Assembly: GCF_000143415.4 (NCBI RefSeq)
Contig: NW_003314314.1
Location: forward strand, 935,771-999,770
Reading direction: 5' to 3'
DNA length: 64,000 nucleotides
Origin: Selaginella moellendorffii
Taxonomy: Eukaryota > Plantae > Lycopodiophyta
Under the pieces are notes generated by a model, which saw nothing but the letters and a program-made list of their open reading frames with translations, was not told the DNA's origin and did not search any database. Below are positions 34,276 through 46,481 of the stretch, one piece after another. The position numbers were made by a program, and so were the translations under genes. Numbering within the stretch: position 1 is the stretch's first letter; each line of letters starts with the position of its first letter.

Positions 34276-37200
34276 ATGGGGAAAACGGACTAACACCAAA
34301 TCATCCACTTTGTACTCCGCAGGTGGACGATGATGGGAGTTGTAGCGCCGTTGTTGTCCCACTTGTACGCGGCCTAAGTGTTCGGCAGACTCTGCTCGGA
34401 CAAGTGGAAGAATGCTTGTCAAATATTGATCCCATGACCTAGCATCAGGAGCTCGTGGCAATCGCGAAGGTAAACCCAACTCTGTTGGTAATATTGGATC
34501 ATGACCATATAAAAGTTTATATGGTGAAGCACCAATAGAACTCTGCACCCCTGTGACATAGGCATACCGAAGAGACGGCAAATAACCATCCCAATCCGAA
34601 TGCTGAAAGTTCACATACTTCGAAATCATCCCTTTGAATGTTCGAACGAGCCGTTCCACCAGACCGTCTGATTGTGGATGATAAGCACTCGTAAAAGTGT
34701 GGCGTATCCCCAAACGAGATGTCAAAACATGAAATACCTCAACCATAAATGCAGGACCATTATCCAAAAGAATCCGCTCTGGACAAGAATGCTGGAACAC
34801 CACTCGATTGAGGAGGAAGTATCCAACAGCAGTTGCAGAGGCACTAGCAAGAGCACCAACTTCCACCCAACGAGTCAAGTAGTCAGAAGCAATAATAACA
34901 TACTCATTGCCAGCAGTCAATCGTGGAAAAGGTCCCATAAGATCAAACGCCACCAACTCAAACGGACGGGAAACTGCAATTGACTCACATACCGGATAAT
35001 ATCACGTCGCATCTCTGGCCAATAAAAAGATTTGTGCAGCTTCTCGGTGACACGACGGTGTCCCATATGCCCACCTAGAACAGGAGAATCATGGTAGGCA
35101 TGGAGAAACCGCGGAATAAACACCGAAGGTACCACCAATCGTAAATGATCATCAGGATCCGTCCCCACAAAATAAAGAAGGCCATCTTCAAGGTGATATT
35201 GAGAATGTAAATGCCGGAAAGGCAAGTCATCAGCAAGTGATGTAGGATTCTCAAACCCATCTCGAAGCCTTCGAATCCACGGCTCAATCTTCTGAGCCTC
35301 GCGAACCTCCTCAAGAGAAGGCAGATCTTGCTCTGCACCCTGTGGACACTGAACGTCAAGGACAGCAACCGCCGACGGCACAGAATCCTCATCTAGAAAA
35401 TCCACAGATGCTGGAACAACAGGTTCGTCAGAATGGTGAGAAGTGAGTGAAGAAGGAAGAGGAGCTCGAGAAAGGGCATCAGCATCAGCCATAGAACTCC
35501 CTGGGCGATGAACAACATCGAAATCATATATCTGAAGCTTCAAAGCCCATCGAGCCGTACGACCAACCAGGTTCTTTTGCTTCAATAATGAAGTAACAGC
35601 AGCATGGTCACCTTCAAGTAACGTCTGAGAACCATGTAGATATGCATGAAGTTTCTCGAAACCCCAGACTACTGCTAAACACTTCTTCTCCGTCGTGGAG
35701 TAGTTCATCTTCGCTGGTTGTAATGTACGGCTTATGTATGCAATGGGATGGCGCTGACCAGGCACACTCGAGCTCTCTTGCATCAACACACCTCCAAGAC
35801 CAATGTCAGAAGCATCCACGCGCAAAATAAAAGGTCGAGTGTAGTCAGGATATGCCAAAACCGGAGGAGTTGTCAATAGCTCTTTGAGATCCACGAACGC
35901 CCGCTCACAATCCGGAGACCAGATGAAAGATGATGTTGATGACTTCAGCAACACTCGCAATGGTGTAGTGCGATCGGAAAGATGATCCACAAAACGACCA
36001 AGATACTGCACCTTACCCAAAAAGCGCTGCACATCATTCACACACTTCGGAGTAGGGAACTTTAGAACATCCACAAGTTTGTCAGGATCAACTTGCAAAC
36101 CCTCACGAGAAATACGGTACCCAAGATAAGTTGTGTCCTTGGACCCAAACACGCACTTCGACCGCTTCAGCTTTAAACCAACGTCGCATAGCCGATCCAA
36201 CACTTTACAAACATCACGAACGTGCTCCTCCCACGTCCCCTCCGAGTGGATCAAGACATCATCAATGAAGTCAGCAGTCACCTCCGGCATATTGCAAAGA
36301 ACTTCGTCCATCATCCGCTGGAAAGTTGCTAGAGCATTGTTCAAACCAAACGGCATCACCAAGAACTCGTACAAACCAAATGGTGTACGAAAAGCAGTAT
36401 TAGGAATATCTTCTTCGGCCATTGGTACTTGCCAATACCCAGAAGCAAGATCTAGCTTGGTGAACCAACGACTTCGCCCCAGACGATCCAAGAGATCAGC
36501 AGTGTGAGGAAGAGGATACACATCTGGGATCGTCACTTCGTTTAACGGACAATAGTCGATGCAGAAACGAATACTCCCATCAGGCTTCGTCACAAGATGA
36601 GGTTCACATGCCTAAGGACTCCGCGACTTCCAAATAACACCCTTTTCCAGCATTTCCTTGACGTTTGCTCGTAAAATTTTGATCTCTTTAGATGACCGAC
36701 GACGAACAGGAACCTTGATTGGACGAGCATCCCCGGTGGGAATTGGATGACATGTGGCAATCTTGGCCCCAGACAAGAGGTCAAATTCAAAGAGATCAGA
36801 ATACTCCTTCATGAGCCAGTCAACTGCTACAACACAAAGATCATCGGAGGGATCGGAAAAAGGGAAAAGCAGAACAAGATGGAAACACAGAAGGAAAGAG
36901 TGGGGAAACAAAAGTAATGGAAGCAGAGGTAGAAGTAGAGGGACGAAGAGGTATGGAAGTGAGAGGAATGGATGAAACATAAGGAAGTATGAGACAAGGG
37001 GGAGAAGCCTCAAAGTCACACTTGGCATGATTGTGCTGCAACCAATCCATACCAAGAATGAGGTCAAAAGTTTGACTCGGCACCACCCGCAACGACTGCA
37101 ACTCAAGCTCGAGATCGCCTACACGCACAACCAGGTCCACCTCATCCCGTGCACATGCATGTGTACGGCCGTTGCCATAAAGAATGAAAACTGGTTCTGC

Positions 37201-37482
37201 CGCACGACGCAAGTGTAGACGACAACGTGTGGCAACAGGTCGATGTGAGACACAAAATCCCTAGGCCCCAAAGTGGAGCCGGAAAGGGTGCCACGTGGTA
37301 GTGGCTGAAGCGAGAGCCAAACGAGCGTAACACGTTTGGACCAAAAGCTCCGACTTGAAAAGTCAAGAGCGGGAGTGGAACTCCCAACGAAGTGCTCGAG
37401 GAACGAGCACGAAGCGAGCAAAAAGTGAGGCTCCAAAAAGGGACCCAAAAGGACCAACACATGACACGTGGAAGTGTCCAAG

Positions 37483-37905
37483 ATGGACTCGAGTTGGAGT
37501 CCGAAGTGGAGTCCGAGATGGACCCGAGTTGGAGTCCGAAGTGGAGTCCGAGATGGAGTCCGAGATGGACCCGAAATGGAGTCCGAGATGGAGTCCGAGA
37601 TGGACCCGAGATGAAGTCCGAGATGGAGTCCGAGGTGGACCCGAGATGGAGTCCGAGATGGAGTCCGAGGTGGACCCGAGATGGTCCCGAGATGGAGTCC
37701 GAGATGGAGTCCGAGGTGGACCCGAGATGGACCCGAGATGGAGTCCGAGATGGAGTCCGAGGTGGACCCGAGATGGACCCGAAATGGAGTCCGAGATGGA
37801 GTCCGAGATGGAGTCCGAGGTGGACCCGAGATGGACCCGAAATGGAGTCCGAGATGGAGTCCGAGATGGACCCAAGATGGAGTCCGAAGTTGAGACCGAG
37901 ACCGG

Positions 37906-37937
<32 letters not shown>

Positions 37938-38045
37938 TCGAGACCGAGACCGAGACCGAGGCCGAGGCCGAGACCGAGCCCGAGCCCGAGTCCGAGTCCG
38001 AATCCGAGTCCGAGTCCGAGTCCGAGTCTGAGTCCGAGTCCGGAG
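37483..38045. repeat. Minisatellite in LTR1: mixed 12/11-bp units (GGAGTCCGAGAT/GGACCCGAGAT) grading into hexamers (GAGACC, GAGTCC)
   Basis: Directly visible tandem array; it produces the low-complexity ORFs in all six frames. Confidence 0.95.
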
Positions 38046-41000
38046 CCTGAGAGGGTGAAAGCCCAAAGCGTTCGTCTCCCAAACCCTGGGGGGTTTGGTG
38101 AGCTCCAAAAGTATAGTAGGGGGAGGACTGCAGTGGAGCTAGTTTGGCCAGGAAAGGCCAGTTTGGCCCAGGAAGGCCGGACCCAGTGTTGGGTGATGAG
38201 CTGCCCACTGGGAAGTCCAAGACTAGAGTGAACACGGACCGACAAGTGGGGTAGCTTGGTGAAGTGTTCAAGAGCCGGCTCTAGTTCCCCCGGGAGATCG
38301 ACTGGCCGATGCTCCCAGTCCAAGTGTGGGTGGCACTACCTACTTGGATACCTGGTGTGGCTCAACGGAACCCGCTCTAAGCCCATGGCTAGAGCACCCA
38401 AGGGCAGAAGGCGAGGAGAGTACCCAGGTGGCTCGCGTAAGGCCACGGTGTTCCGAAATGTTGTCCCAAAGGCCCAGACTGTGGAAAGGAAGAGGAGCAG
38501 TCCTCTGGGGTAGTGACCCAGGACACAGTCGTGTGGTGAGGAAGTCCTAGAAGACCGTGGGACTTAGTGGTCGGACCTGTGGGTCTCGATCCAATGGCAG
38601 TGTTGGCAAACACGGCCAGGGGCAAAAAGGGACTTAGTGGGGACTAACGGAGGGATATCGGGGAAGGCTATTCCCCTTGTCGGTGGGCATCCTAAGGATG
38701 CTAAGGAGTGGATCTGAGATGACCACTCACGGATGGTTTGCCTAGTCTTGGAGAGCCAAGACGGTGATGCAAGTGGTATTGGACTACCAGTGTGGCAAAG
38801 GTGATTGGGCATGGCCTTAGCGTAATGGGCTGCTATGTCGGTGGTACCTTTGAGTGTCGGTCATGGGATCGGTCATGTGGAGCACTTGGACCAAGTGCAA
38901 ATGTTGAGTGGCATGGATGCCATTCTCGGGGCTAGCAAGTCCCAAGTCCTGGATTGGACTTATGGAGGTTGTGAATGAGACTCCTCCAAGTGGTCAGAGG
39001 TGCGGTTAAGTGACTAAAGTAGAATGGAAAATTTAGTCGCTTACAATTTGGTATCAGAGCTGTTCCTTAGTCCAACTTTTATTGGTGCTCAAGTATATCA
39101 CCACTAGTGTTGGCATCGGAAGGTCCGAGGAGTGGGCCTATCCTTGAGGAGTAGCAAGTCGGGAAGACATGGCTCTCCATTACAGTTCATGTGTGAACTT
39201 GTAGACGAGGTGGTGGATAGAAAAGGGCCAATAATGGAACGACTTTGGGATCTTGGGAACAGTATATGGTTTTCCTCAAAGAGTTGAGGATGTGATCCAG
39301 ATGAGCGTTTGACTTAGCAAACTGGCTAATGTAGTTGTGGTAAACAACTACAGTTAGGATCACGAGAAAGAGAAAGACTCCAAAGCAATAAAGGAGTCAC
39401 AAGATCTTCCTCATATAGTTGAGGTTGGTGCTCATGAATGTGAGACCAGAAGTAATGACCGTGGGAGGTCAAATACGGAAGAGGACTCAAGTCCTGGAAA
39501 TGGTAGCCGGGGCTACCTCTAATAAATGCTGGAACAACCCAAGGAGTTGGGGGTGTATTAAGTAAATGAGTTGGTGTTCTCATCACATGGACAAGTAGTC
39601 CTGAGGGGCAAAGGTTGCCCCCAGAGAACAAAATCAAGTGTCGGAGTAACACTTGTGAAAATAGTCCTTTTGAGTAGGACAAGAATGCAAGAAGTGTATT
39701 CCAGTGAGCTAGTGCCTCACAAGTAGGACCTTACGGGTCTGTGGATTAACCAAGTCCAAAACTGCTGGATGACTCAAGTAGAGTCAACGGATGGTCCTAA
39801 AAGGACTGATGGAAGCATTTGGACTAAAGTGTGTTGTACCCCACAAAGGATGGGGGGGGATCATAGGATCCAAGGATGAGAACAAAGGGTATCTCATCGA
39901 TGGCAAAATGTGCCATGCTAAAGTTATGGGAAAGGTGTTCCCAGAAGAAAACAACTTTGACATAAAGTTGTGTGTGACCTCTATGGTGCAGTGCTAACGG
40001 ATGGTTGGCATGAGAAAGAGCGGTGTTGGTCTTGGCATAGACTTAGACACGAAGGGGAAATGTCATAGAGGTAGGCTCGTGGAGCCGATGGTGTGGAGAC
40101 ACCAAATGTGCCAAGGTGTGATACCTTGAGGCTATGTTGGTGGGTTCATGAGAACCCCTTGCCAAAGGAATCCCAATGGAAATGGGAATAGCATAGCCTA
40201 AACTGCAGAGCATGCAGTTGGAGTGTGGTGACCCAAATAATGATGGAGGTGTGAAAGCACCAAACAATGAGTTGTAGGACTTGACAACTATGAGGCAACT
40301 AAGCAAGAGGTGCAAAATAACTGGTTAAACGGGTAGAAGGTAGCTACCCAAGACTTCTTAATAGCATAGGGAAGTTGGATATACCCTTACGGGGGATAAG
40401 TTGTTTGTGTTGCGATATAGTAAGTCAATGTTATAAAAGGAAATACTCATTGTCAAGAAAGCCATCATTGGGACACTCGAACACTCTAGAACACCAGAAG
40501 GTGGTGTTTGATGTCGCGAGGGCAATGGATAAAGCCCAAGGGACTAAGTCCCTAGCGAATGATGGATAGAAAGTGCTATCCAAATGTCCAAGGTTGTGGA
40601 GACAGAAGAGGACTGTCTACCCGAGTTGGACAAAGCCAAAAATGGAATTTTGGCAAGGCTAGTGATGGGCATGTAAAGGCCCATAAGCAACAATGTAATC
40701 CCAGTGTGTGGGATTATAAGGTGAGCATACCCGGATTGAGGAACCACTCCCTAGGCTATTGGGTAGGTTCATCCCTAAGAATACTTGCTAAAGCATGATA
40801 GAAAGTGCAAAGCTATCCTCCTGGTCTGGAGGAGAATGACCAAAAGAAAGGTGTGAAGCCAAAAAGCAAGAAGTAAGGGGATAGAACCGAACCATAAGGA
40901 ATCAAAGGGCATAACCAAGGTTAGTTATGCCAGCTGGGAGTGGAGAATCAAGTGGGGGCTCGAGGGTGTTGCCGCTAGCAACCATGATGCCATGGAGAGT

Positions 41001-43385
41001 CTAAAATATGGAATTGTCCATGTTAGACTATGTGGCATTTGGAAGGCTTGCAAAAAGGGAGGCCTTAGCAAGCTGAGGGACAGAGTTCCTTCAAGGTTCC
41101 CAAAGACGATTCTAGGTAGCTTAGTACCTAGAAAGGCCAAGTGTAAATGGTTCATGGAACGCGCGAAATCAGAGTGGCGCAGCAGAAGCGTGGTCTTGAA
41201 GCTTGCCATGAGGCAAGGCTATCAAGGTTAGGGAAGTAGTTCCCGAGTGTTCAAAGAGAGGGCTTTGAACGAAAGTCGATGGTCAAGGACTTTCACGCTT
41301 ATGCAGGAACCATGTTACAGTGGTCGGAGGACTTGCCAAGCGAGATTGGCACGTCGGGGGAACAAATACCCTAGTTGAAGGTGATAACTTCAAAAAGGGT
41401 GGGCCATGGGGCCGAGCATGGAGGAGTCCATGCATGATCACAGATATATCAAGTGAGAGGACTTGGCAGTGTGGAGGAACTAGGTTCCTAAGCTGTGATC
41501 TGTAGCGCGCTTTAAAAATAAGTTGGTGCACTGGCGTGGGGAGTCATGCCAGGCATCTTGTGTGATGCCGTCCGTAGATGCATATACGGAGGTTGGGTTC
41601 GAGTCCCGACCCTTTAGTGCTTGGGTTCGAGTCCCAAATCACTAGGGCGTGGTGATGGTTTGGAATATGAGGACACTCATATTTCGGTGGTCATGGACTC
41701 TCAGTGGGGAGACTGGTTTGGGCACACCGCCAAGCGAGGGATGCCTCGGAGTCGTGATGCACGGTTAGATTGCTTAGTGTGAAAGCTCGGCATATCTAAC
41801 TTGAACGCTTTGGTGCAAGTGGCACTAAGGACGTGGTGAGTGAGATGGGGACACCTAATCTCAGTTGCTATGGACCCTTGGCCGGAAGGGCTGGCTTGGG
41901 CGCACCGCCAAGTGTGGGGGATGCCCCCGGGGTCGTAGTTAACAAGTTAAAGGTCTGAAAGACCTAGTACCTATTAGCAAACCTGTTAAGGTGCCGAGGT
42001 GAGATCACTAGGTGATCTTATGGCTAGATAAGGACAAGGTCCTTGGTTGGCTAAGGAATGAAGTTCCTGGTTCAAAATGTTGAAATTGAACTGTTTAAGG
42101 TGGTGTGGCTTGGTCGTGATGACCAAGTGGGAAGAGCACCTAAGGGAAATAAACTATATCCGTGCGATGGCATAGTGAGTCCGAGGAAAGTAGTCTTTAT
42201 AAAAGACCCATGGGAGGGTCACGAAGTTGGGCCGTGGATAGAGCCCACAGCAAAAGATGCTAAAGAGACGTACTAGGGGTGAACATCCTCCGGACTTGGC
42301 AAAGAAGAGTCTTTGCTATGGAACCGAAACAATACCTCAAGGAGGGAGGTAGAGATTCGATGTTGCTTGGTGCAACAATCAACGGATAGGAGCAAAAGAT
42401 GAGTGGCCAAGATAGGGCCGTGGAATCCCTTGGAAGGAATCCAAGTGACAAAGTTAGGCGAGGAACACTAATGTGTTGGACGCTAATAAGTTGCGGGAAA
42501 GGAAGTGTGTTTCCAATGAGGGATTCCGAAATGCTCCGATTTGGCAAAAGTGGAATCTCCAAGGGGAGGAGCGGTAAGGTAGCCAAATGATAGGGTTATG
42601 AACAGCCCTAGCACAAAGTATGATAACTGGAACTTTGGCACGAAATAGAAGAGAGGATGATGGTGCCCTCGAGTAAAGAACTTCCTAGGATGGGAAGTGG
42701 AGTTGCACAAAAGGTGCAAGGCAAGGTGTCGGAGACACCTGGGAAATTGACTCCAAGAAGTCAAAATTCAAAGTTCCAAAGTGCAAAGGTTATATCGATG
42801 GAAATTGAGACTACTCGAGAAGGAGTAGTGGGATTGACTTAGAGAAGGGTCTCTAAAAGGTTTAGCGAGAACTAAACCAATAAAAGGAGAGAACCACTAT
42901 ATGTGGTCCAATCAGTCTCTAAGTTGGAGAGACTACCCTCCTTAGAGGATATGCAAAAGGCATGGTGAGCCTTCAATGTCCAACCATTGACGAATATGGA
43001 GAAGGCATGGTGAGCCTTCAATGTCACACCATTGACAAATATTGGCTAGGTGCCAAGGATGGAAATGGTAACACATGCGAGTGTTACTTTACAAAATGGT
43101 TTACCGTTCGATGAGGACATCGAACTTCGTCTATGGGTGGTGGAGTTGTGAGACACAAAATCCCTAGGCCCCAAAGTGGAGCCGGAAAGGGTGCCACGTG
43201 GTAGTGGCTGAAGCGAGAGCCAAACGAGCGTAACACGTTTGGACCAAAAGCTCCGACTTGAAAAGTCAAGAGCGGGAGTGGAACTCCCAACGAAGTGCTC
43301 GAGGAACGAGCACGAAGCGAGCAAAAAGTGAGGCTCCAAAAAGGGACCCAAAAGGACCAACACATGACACGTGGAAGTGTCCAAG

Positions 43386-43820
43386 ATGGACTCGAGTTGG
43401 AGTCCGAAGTGGAGTCCGAGATGGACCCGAGTTGGAGTCCGAAGTGGAGTCCGAGATGGAGTCCGAGATGGACCCGAAATGGAGTCCGAGATGGAGTCCG
43501 AGATGGACCCGAGATGAAGTCCGAGATGGAGTCCGAGGTGGACCCGACATGGAGTCCGAGATGGAGTCCGAGGTGGACCCGAGATGGACCCGAGATGGAG
43601 TCCGAGATGGAGTCCGAGATGGAGTCCGAGGTGGACCCGAGATGGACCCGAGATGGAGTCCGAGATGGAGTCCGAGGTGGACCCGAGATGGACCCGAAAT
43701 GGAGTCCGAGATGGAGTCTGAGATGGAGTCCGAGGTGGACCCGAGATGGACCCGAAATGGAGTCCGAGATGGAGTCCGAGATGGACCCAAGATGGAGTCC
43801 GAAGTCGAGACCGAGACCGG

Positions 43821-43852
<32 letters not shown>

Positions 43853-43954
43853 TCGGGACCGAGACCGAGACCGAGGCCGAGGCCGAGACCGAGCCCGAGT
43901 CCGAGTCCGAATCCGAGTCCGAGTCTGAGTCCGAGTCTGAGTCCGAGTCCGGAG
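43386..43954. repeat. Same minisatellite in LTR2 with slightly different unit numbers
   Basis: One more 12-mer and one fewer hexamer than LTR1 (LTR lengths 1808 vs 1802 bp). Confidence 0.92.
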
Positions 43955-45140
43955 CCTGAGAGGGTGAAAGCCCAAAGCGTTCGTCTCCCAGACCCTGGGG
44001 GGTTTGGTGAGCTCCAAAAGTATAGTAGGGGGAGGACTGCAGTGGAGCCAGTTTGGCCAGGAAAGGCCAGTTTGGCCCAGGAAGGCCGGACCCAGTGTTG
44101 GGTGATGAGCTGCCCACTGGGAAGTCCAAGACTAGAGTGAACACGGACCGACAAGTGGGGTAGCTTGGTGAAGTGTTCAAGAGCCGGCTCTAGTTCCCCC
44201 GGGAGATCGACTGGCCGATGCTCCCAGTCCAAGTGTGGGTGGCACTACCTACTTGGATACCTGGTGTGGCTCAACGGAACCCGCTCTAAGCCCATGGCTA
44301 GAGCACCCAAGGGCAGAAGGCGAGGAGAGTACCCAGGTGGCTCGCGTAAGGCCACGGTGTTCCGAAATGTTGTCCCAAAGGCCCAGACTGTGGAAAGGAA
44401 GAGGAGCAGTCCTCTGGGGTAGTGACCCAGGACACAGTCGTGTGGTGAGGAAGTCCTAGAGGACCGTGGGACTTAGTGGTCGGGCCTGTGGGTCTCGATC
44501 CAATGGCAGTGTTGGCAAACACGGCCAGGGGCAAAAAGGGACTTAGTGGGGACTAACGGAGGGATATCGGGGAAGGCTATTCCCCTTGTCGGTGGGCATC
44601 CTAAGGATGCTAAGGAGTGGATCTGAGATGACCACTCACGGATGGTTTGCCTAGTCTTGGAGAGCCAAGACGGTGATGCAAGTGGTATTGGACTACCAGT
44701 GTGGCAAAGGTGATTGGGCATGGCCTTAGCGTAATGGGCTGCTATGTCGGTGGTACCTTTGAGTGTCGGTCATGGGATCGGTCATGTGGAGCACTTGGAC
44801 CAAGTGCAAATGTTGAGTGGCATGGATGCCATTCTCGGGGCTAGCAAGTCCCAAGTCCTGGATTGGACTTATGGAGGTTGTGAATGAGACTCCTCCAAGT
44901 GGTCAGAGGTGCGGTTAAGTGACTAAAGTAGAATGGAAAATTTAGTCGCTTACAGTCGAGCAATAGAAGATAAACTCGAACTTATATCAACCAATACGGA
45001 GAGAATAATAGGAGACTTCTTGTTATAAAAACGAACTTGGAAAGTAAACACTGGATGAACTGGTGCCGAGTGAACCCCTTGATGATACTCCCGAAAGAAA
45101 GATGGAGGGGTCACTGATTTATTCGCGCAAGGTCCCTCCG

Positions 45141-46073
45141 TTACTCGCGCGACTCCTCGTTTCCCTGATGCATCTTGGTGTCCAGGCCTTCCACTGCAGC
45201 AGCACCCAGGGGACGTTGCTGACGCCAAGGTCTCCACCCAGGAAATGGAGGTCGCCAATCCGGAAAACGACGGCAACGCCGATAAGTATGACCAACTTCA
45301 TCACACGCCCAGCAGCGAACATCACGGCCACGACCACGTCCTCGCGCTTGTCCTTGGACTCGAGCAGCAGCAGCATCAACCTCCATTGGAACAGGACCAT
45401 CACCCATAGGAAGTGGAGCGGAAGGACGTGTAGCGAGAAGTGGAAGAGGCGACATCTCATAATGTTGTGCCAAGCGAAGAGCATCGTCAAGGGTGGCAGG
45501 AGCAAGTGCATGCACAAGTCCGACAAGATCTTGACGAAGTGCTGGCCACAACATTCCTAGCTTGATCCGCTCCGACATATTTGGCTCCGCACGAAGCAAA
45601 AGACTTCGGAAAAGAACGCCAAATTGCATCACCGACTCCGATGGCCCTTGGCGAAGACGATGCAATTGTTGGAAAGCATCATCACAATCATCGGCATGTC
45701 CGAAGGCGCGTTTGAAGACGTCCGGGAGAACACTCCAATCCCCACGAGTAGCTGCGCTCAAACCATTGTACAACTGCAACGCCGTCCCTTGGAGATATGT
45801 GGGAAACTCACGCAACCGTCGAGCATCATCCCAAGAATGATATGTGGCAATCACCGTAAAGTGATCAAACCAATGGTACACATCATCCCCAGGATTCCTG
45901 CGAAAGAACTCCGGCCGAACGCGAGGATTGGCACCAAGAGCAAGAGGAGTTCTACCACGTGCCGTGAACGCCGCCATCAACTGAGTTTGGTTGTTCAATT
46001 GCAAGTGCATAGCATCAAGCAATTGAACCAACTGCTGCTCTAGAGTCAAAGGAGGAGATTGCGGATCGGCCAT
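45141..46073 (-). CDS. gag: Gag of gypsy copy 2 (intact ORF)
   Basis: MADPQSPPLTLEQQL...CWACDEVGHTYRRC...HQGNEESRE*. Confidence 0.9.
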   Translation of the reverse strand: MADPQSPPLTLEQQLVQLLDAMHLQLNNQTQLMAAFTARGRTPLALGANPRVRPEFFRRNPGDDVYHWFDHFTVIATYHSWDDARRLREFPTYLQGTALQLYNGLSAATRGDWSVLPDVFKRAFGHADDCDDAFQQLHRLRQGPSESVMQFGVLFRSLLLRAEPNMSERIKLGMLWPALRQDLVGLVHALAPATLDDALRLAQHYEMSPLPLLATRPSAPLPMGDGPVPMEVDAAAARVQGQARGRGRGRDVRCWACDEVGHTYRRCRRFPDWRPPFPGWRPWRQQRPLGAAAVEGLDTKMHQGNEESRE

Positions 46074-46307
46074 GAAGATGAACGAAAAAGAAAGAGCAAA
46101 GAAGAGAAATGACAAAAAAAGCTGGAAAGAAATGGTAGATCTAGATAATGCAAAAAACTAGATCGAAACCAAAATCCTGAAAGGAAAGAACAAAAGAAAG
46201 GAAATGGAAAAAGCTAGATCTAGACGATGCAAAAGCTAGATCTAAACCGAAATCCCAAATCCAAGCACTCCCCAGGGACAATCAAAGGTGCCCCTCATTT
46301 CCACCAA

Positions 46308-46481
46308 TGTGAGTGCATGGAATATGGAAAGGGAATACAGAAATGTGCATATCAATTAGCCCAAAAACCCTAGTTTATATACAGGAGTGAGTGGTCCGGA
46401 TTGAAACCAATCCGACGGCTACCAAAATCCATTACGCTAATATTAGTATACGGCATCGTAACCGTACACTTGGCCCTCACA
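46308..46481 (-). repeat. 5' LTR of gypsy copy 2
   Basis: Followed on the minus strand by T-TGGTGGAAATGAGGGG (PBS). Confidence 0.93.

Larger units (their letters stand above)
33293..37243 (-). pseudogene. pol: Disrupted pol of gypsy copy 2 (PR remainder, RT, RH, INT)
   Basis: Near-identical to copy 1 pol; frameshift near 36860, stop near 36612, ~61-bp deletion near 34987 removing the integrase CxxC, insertion at 33475-34275. Confidence 0.9.
37244..44954 (+). mobile_element. Large non-autonomous LTR element (LARD-like, 7.7 kb) nested in the protease region of gypsy copy 2; TSD GTCGA
   Basis: LTRs 37244-39045 and 43147-44954 (TGTGAGAC...GCTTACA, about ten substitutions by eye plus repeat-unit indels); PBS TGGTATCAGAGC at 39049-39060; 4.1-kb interior without a long ORF; GTCGA at 37239-37243 and 44955-44959. 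Confidence 0.93.
33009..46481 (-). mobile_element. Full-length Ty3/gypsy retrotransposon, copy 2, disrupted by nested insertions; TSD GTAT
   Basis: 174-bp LTRs at 46308-46481 and 33009-33182 (3 mismatches by eye); PBS TGGTGGAAATGAGGGG at ~46291-46306; PPT at 33183-33197; gag 45141-46073; pol in pieces; GTAT on both flanks. Confidence 0.95.

Noticed and set aside
37483-37890. Regular short repeats suggestive of a CRISPR array
   Set aside because: No unique spacers, units only 11-12 bp, no cas genes, and a eukaryotic LTR context.
37119-38323. Long RS-, SD- and LG-rich ORFs (also 43046-44232) resembling SR proteins or adhesins
   Set aside because: They arise from stop-free tandem repeats inside LTRs, appear in all six frames and contain no domain.
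39250-43100. Residual gag/pol in the large element's interior
   Set aside because: Only short ORFs (under 120 aa) with no recognisable PR, RT, RH or INT motifs; a tBLASTx search would be needed to exclude very decayed remnants.
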